Shown here: positions 12,112 to 24,861 of the stretch, one piece after another | How positions within the stretch are numbered: position 1 is the first letter of the stretch | Layout of the letters: the number at the start of each line of letters is the position of its first letter | Assembly (NCBI GenBank): GCA_951406725.2 | Contig: OX597826.1 | Span: forward strand, 2,914,001 to 2,978,000 | Origin: Octopus vulgaris | Taxonomy: Eukaryota | Direction: 5' to 3' | DNA length: 64,000 nt | The notes under the pieces: generated by a model | Databases searched by the model: none | Told to the model about the DNA's origin: nothing | The model's input: only the letters and a program-made list of their open reading frames with translations | Position numbers and translations under genes: made by a program

Positions 12112-12602
12112 AGAGAGAGAGAAGAGTGTGCGTGAGTGTGCCTATGTATACATGCATTTATTTGTTAATATCTGTAACACAACGTGTGAAACTGTGCGGA
12201 TTCATTAGCAGAGAATAGAGAAGTTGATTTTTGGTTAATCTGTTTCGTGTTAATACTGTATCCTTCCTTTTCTACTCGTACAATGATAATGTTAAAGACA
12301 AAAAACACCAGCAAAATATAGCTGCTATTTATTGATATAATCCTGTTTCTTTTGATTCCGTTCAACTGGTGTGAAGACGTCCATAGATTTAGTAACATTG
12401 CTAATAACGTTCAGCTTTGATGTACTTACGTTACTAACAGACTAGGTAGGTGATTTAGCGTATAATAGTTTAATTAAATACAGATATACTCTTTGTCTAC
12501 CTCCCTGCATTTACATATGTATATATATGTTTCTATCTATCACACTTGAACTCACACTTCTTTATACAGACATTTATGTATTTTCGCACATACATACATA
12601 CA

Positions 12603-12638
<36 letters not shown>

Positions 12639-13074
12639 GAGATTAATACGTATGTACATACACATATATACACATATATATGTATTGAAATACGTATTTT
12701 TCATCCACACAACACACATATATATATATACGTGTGTACACATATACATATACACTTATATGTATATATAAATATACACACACATACATATATGAATATG
12801 TAGGTGTGCGTTTATGTAGCTTATTTCCACTGTTGTATTAGTACATCATTCTCAACAAATTAAAAAAAAAACAAGTGTATATTGAAATAGTCACAAGTGT
12901 GAAATGTCTCGGCAGAATACTAGTAAAAGTGCACATAATTATTTCTTCTTATTTCATGGTGTTTTTCTATTTTCCTAAACAGCAAAAACCACAAAAAACA
13001 CCAATAGAAACAAAATTGTCATTATGTTGTCGCCTCCTACTGTTTCTATTGCTTATTATTATTTTATATTCAGA

Positions 13075-13075
<1 letters not shown>

Positions 13076-13160
<85 letters not shown>

Positions 13161-13242
13161 TAATAATAACAATAATAATAATAATAATTATGATAATGAT
13201 AATAATAATAATAATAATAATGATAATAATGATAATAATAAC

Positions 13243-13301
<59 letters not shown>

Positions 13302-13313
13302 TAATAATAATAA
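13076..13313. repeat. (TAA)n microsatellite
   Basis: Visible run. Confidence 0.95.
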
Positions 13314-13727
13314 GACGCAGGAGTGGCTGTGTGGTAAGTAGCTTGCTTACGAACCACATGGTTCCAGGTTCAGACCCAGTGCGTGGCACCTTGGGCAAGT
13401 GTCTTGTACTATAGTCGCGGGCCGACCAATGCCTTGTGAGTGGATTTGGTAGACGGAAACTGAAAGAAGCCCGTCGTATATATATGTATATATCCATATA
13501 TGTATGTGTGTGATTGTGTGTCAGTGTTTGTCCCTCCAACATGGAAACCGATAGTGGTGTGTTTACGTCCCCGTAATATAGCGGTTCGGCAAAAGAGAAA
13601 CTGATAGATTAAGTACTAGGCTTACAAAGAATAAGTCCTGAGGTCGATTTGCTCGACTAAAGGCGGTGCTCCTGCACAGCCGCAGTCAAATGACTAAAAC
13701 AAGTAAAAGAGTAAACGAGTAAAGAGT
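13314..13727 (+). mobile_element. SINE family A
   Basis: Homologous to 898-1305, with a GTAAAAGA-type repeated tail. Lies between TAA tracts. Confidence 0.9.
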
Positions 13728-13802
13728 AATAATAATAATAATAATAACAACAACAACAACAGCAACAACAACAACAACAACAACAATAATAATAATAATA
13801 AC

Positions 13803-13888
<86 letters not shown>

Positions 13889-13915
13889 CAATAATAATAA
13901 TAATAATAATAATAA

Positions 13916-14503
13916 TATATTCACAGACATGACAGAGTTGGAACCTACATACATTGGAAGCTATGCCAACATTATGGAATAAAAACAGAAAAAAGATGGT
14001 ATAGGCACACACCAGAAAAGGTCACAGAAATCGAGAAAGCAACCATACTCTGGGATATGCCGATACACACAGATAGAGAAATTAAGGCCAACAGACCAGA
14101 TATAGTTGTCAGAGATCATGAAGAAAAAAATGCTTTCTAATTGATGTATCAATACCGGCAGATGACAACGTGTCTCTAAAAGAAATGGAGAAACTCTCAA
14201 AACACAAAGACCTGGAAATAGAGGTAACTAGAATGTGGAATCTGAAAACAGAAACAATTCCTATCATAGTAGGTGCATTAGGCATGATAAAAAAATATTC
14301 AGACAAATACATAACAAAAACACCAGGACTTACAAACACATATAACATACAGAAAATGGCACTACTAGGCACTGCACACATCCTACGCAGAACACTTTCC
14401 ATACAATAACCATCAGAGCATCACAACAAATCACAGCACATACCCAAGGCACACAGAGCTGCGCTCGGTAGTGAAGTGAAAGCACGCTATAAAAATAAAA
14501 CTA

Positions 14504-14507
<4 letters not shown>
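13916..14507 (+). mobile_element. R4/Dong-type LINE family 1, 5'-truncated (RLE domain plus 3' UTR)
   Basis: Translates as YIHRHDRVGTYIHWKLCQHYGI..WYRHTPEKV..ILWDMPIHTDREIKANRPDIVV, then a frameshift in an A-run, then CFLIDVSIPADDNVSLKEMEKLSKHKDL..PIIVGALG..LLGTAHILRRTLSIQ* (stop at 14409). TAA tracts on both sides. Confidence 0.93.
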
Positions 14508-14579
<72 letters not shown>

Positions 14580-14602
14580 TTAACAATAATAATAATAATA
14601 AC

Positions 14603-14637
<35 letters not shown>

Positions 14638-14642
14638 TAATA

Positions 14643-15106
14643 GTACATTGTTTTGTCTTGGTATAAAAGATGGGCTACAGCAAATATTCTGCTCAATACC
14701 ACAGATTTGCTTGTCAGTTGTTTGACATTAACCAGTTGAGCATGTCCCTTAGTGGCTGACAATATGTGCATCTCTGATTATGAGCAGGAGTAGTGGGGGA
14801 GTATCATAGCCATGTGTTGAGAGGAATTCTTTGGGTTTGAATAATTCACCTCTGGAAACATGGGTGGTTCTTTCAACATCCTTAAACAACCCTTATTCAG
14901 GAACCTTTTGAGCGGGATGGGCTACTCAACCTAAAGAAAATTCTAACTGGGCCCCACCTGCAAGGTCATGTGCTGTTTATCTTGATATGAGATCATCATG
15001 TCGCGCACATATGGTTGTGATGCATGTGCCTGGTGTACCCTTATCAGACGGGCTTCGTATATTTTACCCCAGTGCCACTTTGATGGCATGAACTGCTCTT
15101 TCACTC
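14643..15106 (+). mobile_element. TAA-associated element C
   Basis: Homologous to 39633-40123, with a small internal deletion near 15052. Flanked by (TAA)n. Confidence 0.88.
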
Positions 15107-16120
15107 AATAATGATAATAGTAATAATAATAATAACAATAATAATAATGATAATGATAATAATAATAATAGTAATGATAATTATATTCCTCACTTCTAAA
15201 AGCGTAAATATAAGTATAAAAATATACTGTTATATTGTATAATATATTATTCCTTCCAGATTTGTCATGAACCTAATAGTCTATTGTTCATCTGTTGGTT
15301 GGAAGTAATTGAAATTCATGTCGTAAATCTCTGAGGTATCCATAGCAACAGAGAACGGTGAATCATTTTTAGCTGAGCTATTATCGAGCATCAGCTTCGC
15401 TTTAATCCTGCACACCTGTGCTGGTCAGTTGAATATTGTAAGAATCATCATATCTGTTGTTTACACTATATTGTGGCCGGGCTTCGTGGTCAGAGAAACC
15501 AATCATAACAATTAAATCATAGAAACTAGAAGGAGGATAAAATCTAGCCCAGAATGTAGCACGAAATGTAAGACATTTTGATAGCTGATGAGTTACAAAA
15601 TATTTAAACAGTCTAAAATTTATATCTGGGTGAGATCTGCATGCAATGCGAAGTGCAGAAATGTTTGTTTATATTATTTCATATGGTAGTGGTGGAGGGA
15701 ATATCTGATTGCTGAGAGAGCGAAGGAGAAAAAACAGAAATTATTCATTGGAAGTCAGGTTTGTGAATACGTGGAGGGAAAATACGAATTCACTCGTCTA
15801 TATAAATTTGGATGTGCTATCTTCTGCTATTTTCCGATGGCGCTTGATCGAGGTACAAAGGGTAGGTTCCTAGCATTTTCAAATTTATGAATTCTCGAAA
15901 TATTATTCTGAGGACGGAAATGAATTTGTATAAGCCTTATCCAGAAACGCGTACATAATTAATCGAAGACTGTTTGATTTCGCTATTTTTCTTCTTTTTG
16001 CATATGTAAGTTACAAATATTGTTATCTGTGGAGTAATATCTGTACTAAATAAGGAAGGAACTGCCTTTGGCTGCTATTTGAAAATTTTCGGTATGTGGT
16101 GAAGCAACTTGTTGCTTAAC

Positions 16121-16147
<27 letters not shown>

Positions 16148-16155
<8 letters not shown>

Positions 16156-16336
16156 AATATGTTACATTACTCGATAGTCAAGATAAAACTCTGAGTTTCA
16201 GATGCCGAAGTGGAAATCCACAACACCATCTCTTCGGTTCAGATAACCGAAGAGATGGTGTTGTGGATTTCCACTTCGGCATCTGAAACTCAGAGTCTTA
16301 TCTTGACTATCGAGTAACGTAACATATTATTGTATA
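16148..16336. repeat. Near-perfect palindrome (92 bp arms, 5 nt loop) containing a hammerhead-like motif
   Basis: 16148-16239 is the reverse complement of 16245-16336 with 2 mismatches. The wider element lies between (TA)n tracts. Confidence 0.92.
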
Positions 16337-16429
16337 GATAAGTTTCCTCTATTTACATAATATTGAGGTCTCTTTCTTTTGTTATCTTACCGTTTTACCA
16401 ACATATATATATATATATATATATGAATA

Positions 16430-17250
16430 AACTGTCTTCTAAATTACGCAAAAATGAGAAAATGAAAATATCACTGACATCTCATTTTAAATGATATCTT
16501 CACCATATTTATATAAGAATATCTTGAAATACTAAAGATTAAATGTATTCATTAAATCGCCTTAGCTTCAAATACGGCCTCCAAGCGACTTCCGAATCAC
16601 CTGCAACTCTTCTGGACGGTTTCATTATTTAAGTTGGTGGACGCATACAAAATCCTAGCTTTCATTTCATCTTTCGTGAAACAAGGAGTTTTTTGGTCCC
16701 CTGCTCAACTGCACCCCAATCAGAATAATCAAGGAGGTTGCAGTCTGGGGAGTTAGGTAGCCAGATGTTAGGGATGTTGTGGCCTCAGAAATTGTCTGAT
16801 AGTTATAAGTGGGTTCTCCAGCTTGTGTGGCATGGTGAAGAGTCTTCCAGCATCCACACTATTGACTCACGGCTGTACTGCCTCCTCCAGGCACTTGATG
16901 TACACCTCTGTGTTGAGCCTGGGGCCGCGTGGGAAGATGAAGGGAGGCATCATCACTAGTGATCACTCCAAACACCCAGATTTTGACTGGATGTTAGATA
17001 TATATCACTTTTGGTAATGTCCTCAGATTGACACCTAAGTACTCTGAAATGTTAGTATTGGAGTTTACGGCGGAAATGTCAAACAGTAAAGCATGCTGTT
17101 TCCAAATTTCTGTTAGAATGAATTGCGTCATTGTGCTGTTTTTCTCGCAGACAGTGCCCAACGGACCCTACAATACTGTGTAGTCAGTAAAATTAAAGCA
17201 ATCAATGCGCATGCACGGAATCCGAAATATTAAAAGGAGTCAATTTACCC
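16430..17250 (-). mobile_element. Decayed Tc1/mariner-superfamily transposon, DD37D (maT) type
   Basis: Minus-strand translation VFGVITSD / MPPFIFPRGPRLNTEVYIKCLEEAVQP* / DSSPCHTS...NIWLPNSPDCNLLDYSDWGAVEQ. I count 37 residues between the second and third catalytic D. Several stops. Ends approximate. Confidence 0.85.
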
Positions 17251-17412
17251 CACGCAGAGGCTTAGACTATTTTCTTCAGTGATCGTTTATAATCTTTAAT
17301 ATTAAATGATAATATTATCATTATTTACAGAACTGTAAACATCGACGCCACTTACCAAAACCAATGCAGTGAAAGCACTATAGTCCATAAATCTGACAGA
17401 AAGAAGCAGATT

Positions 17413-17484
17413 GCTGCGTCGGTGTGATTATAGCACACTTGGCCGCGTAAACAAAGAGGTGCAGGTTCGAGTCCCGCGCGTACG
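17413..17484 (+). pseudogene. tRNA-like sequence (Thr-CGT-like pseudogene or SINE head)
   Basis: T arm GCAGG-TTCGAGT-CCCGC, anticodon-like CTTGG-CCGCGTAA-ACAAAG, partial acceptor pairing TGCGT/GCGTA. The D arm is poor. Confidence 0.45.
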
Positions 17485-17857
17485 GGAAAAGCTACATTTG
17501 TTTTTCTGTCGAGGGCTTATACTTCCCATCATTAGACTATTTTCTTCAGTCATTATTATAACCACCATCATCATTGTTATTATTATTATCATTATAGAAA
17601 TCAAAGGCCTTTTCGAAAAACAGCTACCCGGGGTTTCCTTGTCGAAATATTTACCAAAACGATTTCTTGTTTTTATCAGCTTGATAAATACCGAAATAAA
17701 TTAATATTTCGGCCAGAAAACCTTGGACAGCTGTACTTCACAAGCATTTTGGTAGTTTTTATTATAATAGTATCCTTACCCTCTTAACTAATCGAAATCT
17801 AAACTATTTGCTGAAAATGTATGTATGCATCTATATAAATATGTCACTATTTTTTTT

Positions 17858-17898
<41 letters not shown>

Positions 17899-18015
17899 AT
17901 CACGTGATCACGTGATCGAGCAGACCATCAGATGTTGTTACACATCGCTGGTCACAATGCGTTCGCATTGTTTTTAGCCTTCGAATGACGCCACCCCGCT
18001 GGCTAAGCGAGCAGG

Positions 18016-18095
<80 letters not shown>

Positions 18096-18228
18096 GAAAG
18101 ATGGAATAAATATCCTCCGTGTTTTGATCTACACGGAAACCACACTGACAATCAAGTGATGTTGCACGCTTACCTGACTGTGACTAAAGATAGCACAATA
18201 TTGCAAGCCCTTATTTATCTTCCGTATA

Positions 18229-18605
18229 GGCGCAAGAGTGGCTGTGTGGTAAGTAGCTTGCTTACCAACCACATGGTTCCGGGTTCAGTCCCACTGCGTT
18301 GCATTTTGGGCAAGTGTCTTCTACTGTAGCCTCGTCTCGACCAAAGTCTTGTGAATGGATTAGGTAGACGGAAACTGAAAGAAGTTCTTTGTATTAGTAT
18401 ATGCATATAACTGTGTGTCTCCCATTGTCCTACCACAATCCCTTTACAAACGATGTTGATATGTTTATGTCCCCGTAGACAAGTGGTTCGGCAAAAGACA
18501 CCGATACAATAAGTACTAGGCTTGCAAATTATAAGTCCGGAGGTCCCTTTGTTCAACTAAAGTTGGTGCTCCAACCTGACCGCAGTCCAATGACTGAAAC
18601 AAGCA
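18229..18605 (+). mobile_element. SINE family A
   Basis: Homologous to 898-1305. Confidence 0.9.
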
Positions 18606-18616
18606 TAATAATAAAA

Positions 18617-18662
<46 letters not shown>

Positions 18663-18664
18663 TT

Positions 18665-18718
<54 letters not shown>

Positions 18719-18739
18719 ATTTATTTTACTAAGCCCTTT

Positions 18740-18771
<32 letters not shown>

Positions 18772-20496
18772 TACACACACACATAGCGTGCACGAGGCAA
18801 TTAAGTCAGAAAATTAAATCCAGAACTAGAAGCCGGAATGAAACGTCATCACGCAGAACCATGAATTTAAAGAAAAGAAAAAAACACGATCATTTAAAAG
18901 CATTTGGGTAAGTGATAGTCCCGAGGACGTCAGGGAAGTGAACTGGAGCAAGTGTCAGCTAACACTTTCTCTCTGATGATGTTACTGACCGCACGAACCA
19001 CGGCAATTGTCAACAAATATGCTCCACTTTAAGTCCTCTCTATACCTACATCTCCTTTAGTTGGCCGTTAAAATCTAGAGAGCTTTAAAGATTCTTCAAT
19101 ACTTCCTAGGCTTATGCGAAATGGGGAAAGGTCACGCTAGAAACCGCACAGTCGCGTGTATGACAACATTATGTTTCACTGATGTTGTGGCTTCCATTTT
19201 AGTTGAGGTTTTGAAACCGGGAGAAGACGAATGTGATGACATACGATGGCTCCCCAACTCCATGCACTCAGAAACGAAATCAATACTCAAAAGAGAATTA
19301 CTGTAATTCTCAAAATATCACGTTACATTTCATGCAGAATGTTTCGAAACACTCTTTGAAGTAAACATCTCTAAATGGTAGAGAATTTTAAAATCTCCAG
19401 ATTAGTTTTGCAATATCTTCTATTACGCTCATGACACTAGGCAACACTACTATACAGAAAAATCTGTCCATATCAAAAATCAAAGGATAATATTCACCCA
19501 GTTGTATAATAAACCTGCTGGAGAACATTGATATTAGTTGAATATTTTAATTCAATCAATTCATACATTGTTTTAATAGAATGGGATATTTATGTGGAAT
19601 GCATACTGTCGCGATGTGCTCTGCAAAAATAATCGGTCACACAGGCTTACATGATTCCCTATATGTGGCTGTGTAGTGAAGAAGCTCGCATTTTTTGTCA
19701 CTGTGATATAGCGGTTCGGCAAAAGGGTCCAATATATTTGGTGCCAGACATTTTAAAATATACCTGTGTCGATTTGTTTAATTAAGCAATTCAAGGCGGT
19801 GCCCTAGTTACCTGCAATCAAACAACGGTAAGAAGTAAAATGTTAAAGATAAAACCGGACACCCACTAATACACACGTGCCTACACATTTATAGAAAAGT
19901 TCCCTAAATGTGAAAGTTCATTTTATATTTCTATATTTCGGGTTTATGTAAGAAATAGAAAATTGTGTCGGGCTGATTATCCTCCCCCTGCGTATGTTGG
20001 TTATTGTAACAAGTGCTGAATCGTAGAGTTAACTATAATTTATCTGCTTCAAGGATTTCTTCTTCTGGTGTTCATATTTCGTTGCAGTATATCCACGGTG
20101 ACGGCTTTCTAAGATTTGGTAAATTTAGCTAAGCCGAAGCATTCTTGTAGGTGGATATTTCTTATTGTATTAGGGATGCGATATTTCAAGTAGCGTCTTA
20201 TGAAATTTATTCGGTAACGGATAATTGCTCAATATTCTGATAGTTTGAATTGACTTTGCGGTAAGCATCAAAGCGACAGAGCATAACCTTAGAAGTTGGA
20301 AGATCAAGAAAGATATTCGAAGATTTCCGCATTCATAAACGGAAACCATCGATCAACAATCGAGAAACAATGTGACCAGGCAAACTGACTATTATAACAA
20401 TACCAGTCTTCACCTGTCGCAATCCACACCGTCTCCTATATATCTAAACAAATGATCCCAGTTCGACGCCATCTCTTGACCACTGTGTGAAACTGG

Positions 20497-21197
20497 TACT
20501 TATATTATTGACCCCGAATGGATGAAAGTCAAAGTCGATGTAGGCGAAATTTGAACACAGAACATAAAGACGAACGAAATGCATTTAAGTATTTCACACG
20601 ACGTGCTAACGATTCGTTCGTATTCTAGGCACAAGGCCCGAAGTTTTGGGGGAAGGAGCCAGTCGATTAGATTCACTCCAGTACGCAACTGGTATTTAAT
20701 TTGTCGACTGAGAAAGCGTAAAAGGCAGAGTCGACCTCGGCGGAATCTGAACGTGGAACGTAAAGACCGACGAATTACCTATTTCTTTACTACCCACAAG
20801 GAGCTAAACACATCCAGGACAAACAAGGGCAAACGAACCGATTAAGCTGATTACATCGACCCCAGTGCGTAACTGTTACTTAATTTATCGACCCCAAAAG
20901 GATGAAAGGCAAAGTCAACCTCAGCGGAATTTTTTATCTCACAACATAACACCAGACGAAATACCTATTTCTTTACTACCCGCAAGGGGCTAAGCACAGA
21001 TAGGACAAACAAGGACAAACAAACGGATTAAGTCGTTGATATCGACCCCATTGCGTAACTGGTACTTATTTAATCAACCCTGAAAGGATGACAGGCAAAG
21101 TCGACCTCGGCGGAATTTGAACTCACAACGTAATGACAGACGAAATACTGCAAAGCATTTCGCCCGGCGTGCTAACGATTCTGCCAGTTCGCCGCCG
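20497..21197 (-). mobile_element. SINE family B: a three-unit multimer plus an adjacent short copy
   Basis: Reverse complement of the 10705-11460 units. Head at 21197 (GGCGGCGAACTGGCAGAATCGTTAGCACGCC), second head near 20615. Confidence 0.88.
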
Positions 21198-21339
21198 TCA
21201 TTACCTGTCTTGCTCACAGCCGAACTCTAAACAGTAAGTCATAGACCTAAGTTGATTTTAATGCGATATCATAATAACCTAAGACTCGATATTGGAATTA
21301 GCGTATACAAGATCAACTTGCCAGCTAAAACGATTGTCA

Positions 21340-21720
21340 CCCAGAGCCTCCTCATCGTCCTTACTTGCCCAATATCCTTTTCCTCATCCACTTCTCCTTC
21401 CATTTTCTCTCCTCGTCCTCTTCGTTCTCTTCTTCCTGCACTTCCTTATCCATCTCCTCCTCCTGTTCAGTCAGTTTTTCCCTCGTCATCGCCTTGCTTT
21501 TCTTTGCTTGTTCGCTACCTTCACAACCTTTCGCTCCACCTCTCACATTTATTTCTTTACCTTCACCTCCTCCTCCACGACCAACATTTGTTCCTTCTCT
21601 TCTTCACCACATAGCTCCTACTCCAATTCATTTTTTTCTTCCCACATGTTCTTCCCTATTTTGAGTTTCTTCATTCTTCCCTTCATCATTTTTTCCCTTT
21701 CCGACAGGATATCCTACCTT
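21340..21720. repeat. CT-rich low-complexity tract
   Basis: Decayed (CTT)n/(CCT)n. Confidence 0.8.
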
Positions 21721-22061
21721 CCACTACAACTATCATAACACCGATTTTAACGCTACAATAAGTATACTTAAATATTACATCATGATTACTACGAATGTAT
21801 GAAAGCGCTAATTGAACTTTATGAACATTACAAAATATTTTTGTCGATGTTAAAATACTATAATAAAAGACGTGAAAACCAGACTATGTTTTAACTAAAT
21901 AATATTCTATACACATTCACAAAAATTCGGAAAAAGAATATTTTTATATATATATATATATATATATTATATGGTAAGCACATATATGCGAAACAAGGTG
22001 CAAAAAATACTACTCGATTACCGGAGGTAGATTAATATGCTGCATTAATAAAGTTGCAAAG

Positions 22062-22104
22062 ACATCATAAATACTGTTACTCTGAGTAACAGTTTTTATG
22101 ATGT
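22062..22104. repeat. 21 bp-arm hairpin centred on ACTCTGAGT
   Basis: ACATCATAAATACTGTTACTC-T-GAGTAACAGTTTTTATGATGT, one mismatch. Confidence 0.85.
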
Positions 22105-24561
22105 GTATAATTTTTAATAAAGTATACACACACACGCACATACACACACACACATACAAGCACACACAAACACACATATATATGAATGTATTTATGCGTG
22201 GGTCCGTGTATATTCATTCATACTGCAACATTTATATCTTCCTTACTCTTGGCTGATAACCATCAGTATTTGGTGCTCGAAAATATAGCTGATATAAACG
22301 AAATAAGTGTTCTATGTTCTTCAGCATAAAAAACTATTTTCTTGAAAAACTTAAACTAATATCATTCATACGATAAAATAACAAAATTCTAAATCATAAA
22401 TAACATTTATTGCTTTCGAATTTAACGCAAATTCGATATTTTCTCACAATGATGGAAAGAAAGCAGATTAAATAAATCAAAACTATGGGAAAATCAGGAA
22501 AATGTCAACAGTTTATAACAAAAAATAAACTTCATTTAAATGTAATCGAAAAAAAAGAAAACATAATTTTTCATGGCATGTATACACTATCGAATCTATA
22601 ATGTCCGCTTTCTTAGTGATTTGCGTCGAAATTCAGTTAAAATTATTTTCAGAACAAATTTCACTCTCTTTCCATTTTTGTCTTACGCTGAGTGAGCAAA
22701 CATTTGCTTATTTCTGTTAAAATTGTATGTAATCTGGAATGTAAAGCTTGAGTGTATTTTACTAGTTTTAGTTCATTAATAATGATTGCTGACACTATCA
22801 TTTCAGTTGTTCTTCGTGGAAAATTTAAATGCACTGCCATTATTGTCTAAAATTTCGTTTCCTAAGAAAATATGTTACCATGGAGAAATATGACACGTTA
22901 AAATTTTAAAAGTACGCTTTCAGATCTCCATTGGACTCAAATAGTGGTGTAGGAATGAAAATGCTTATTCTTTCTCTTTCGAAGAATATTTGTATGCACT
23001 CTTCATTAATTTCATAAAAGGCAACGCCGTTGATTTCTGAGATTTTCCTTTTATAATCGTAGAAGGATTATAGAAGCAAAAATAGCATTGCTAATAAAAC
23101 ATTAACATTTGTAAATGCAAGCATATAAGACAGACTTCATTTCCAAACAAATAATGCAACGGAGAACCGATCAATGTCATAAATTCTGTTGGTGATGTAT
23201 GTTTGCCTGCGTTTGTCTTTCTCCACTGCTCAGTAACCGGTGTTGGTGTATTTATATCCCCGTAAGTTAGCAGTCGGCAAAGAAGTGTTATTGAGTAAAT
23301 ACCAGGCCTAAAAAAAAGTATTGTGGTCGCTACATTCGACTATAAATTCTTCAAGGCAGTGCCCCAGCATAGCCGCAGTCTAATAAATAAAAGTTTAAAA
23401 GATAAAAACGAAACCTTTAAATTCTTTCATATAAAACCCCTGACTGAACTATATTCTACGAAGGAAACGTTTGTTCATTCATTAAAAAAGAACGGGGAAT
23501 GAATTTATACGCATTTGCTAAAGCAGGTAATAGAAGAAATATAATTCACTGCTGCCCGGGTCTAAACGCTAATAGTTATCATTGTAACACACTCAGGGGT
23601 TTCAGTGAGGGAGTAAAGATGTTGACATAGGCAGTGTTCATTTTGGGATCAAGAATATGGGGATAAAAAGCGCCCAGTCCAGAAACAAGAACATTGTTGA
23701 AAATTATATGCGGCAAACATCACACAATTGTTCGACCTTTGTATATTCATTAGGCAAAACGCCATTAATTAACAATGGAATATTAATTGAAGAATTTAGG
23801 TATTCATATTAATACTGATATCATCATTTTGCCTATCGTTGAAGGATATACATGCTTAAACAAAATAAAGGAAAGGATTGAATTACAAGCATTTCTATGG
23901 TTTATGAAATGCAACTCAAGTCATACGTACAGATTTGTACAAAATATATGCCTCTTTATTTAATGGTATTCACTGACAGAAGATCCCTGGGTACCGTATT
24001 GGTTGGCGCATAAGATGTTCTGTCTCACAAGACGTACCCCAATTCTACATTTTTTTGTAGAAAAACAAACCTACTGTGTTACATAATACACAAACTAAAT
24101 TATATTTTAAAGGAAATATATGACTGCGCATGTAAATACGATGATGGGAACGTTCGCTAGAATATAATATGAAAATATAGATTTATCATAAAGCATCCAT
24201 ATTAACGTGTATTGTACTTTCATACGTTTAAAAATAAAAGGAATGGAGTTGAATGCGCAGGAAATACACCAATCCTTCGGTTCTTTGTCGTGCATCATGC
24301 TTTAGAGAAGCTAACGCTTATATAATATATGGCTCAATACTCCACGATCTGCAAGATTTCCCATTTAATCTCCAGGGTTTTTTATTTGGCGAGCATTTAA
24401 CACATGATTACAAAAATTATGCTGATATTTGACCGGCCAATTGAATACACTTAACGAATTGGTCGGATATGATTAATAATAACGTACTGATATTCACACC
24501 TATCTTCTTGCCTTTATGTTACTGTTCCAGAGTGCCTCACCATTTGAATTAAAAACTTAAT

Positions 24562-24775
<214 letters not shown>

Positions 24776-24861
24776 GAAAGGTGTCGAGCTGGCAGAATCG
24801 TTAGCACGTCGGGCAAAATATTTTGCGTCATTTCGTGTGCATCTACATTCTGAGTTCAACA

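Noticed and set aside
13683-13710. SINE A tail hairpin followed by (G)AAACAAGTA as a hammerhead
   Set aside because: No CTGANGA core upstream in any copy.
15278-15420. 44-codon minus-strand open frame as a terminal exon
   Set aside because: Weak acceptor, no recognisable domain, and a length expected by chance.
18787-19300. Possible mariner remnant
   Set aside because: No convincing TIR pair or catalytic motif.
21361-21546. E/K-rich ORF
   Set aside because: Product of the CT-rich low-complexity tract.
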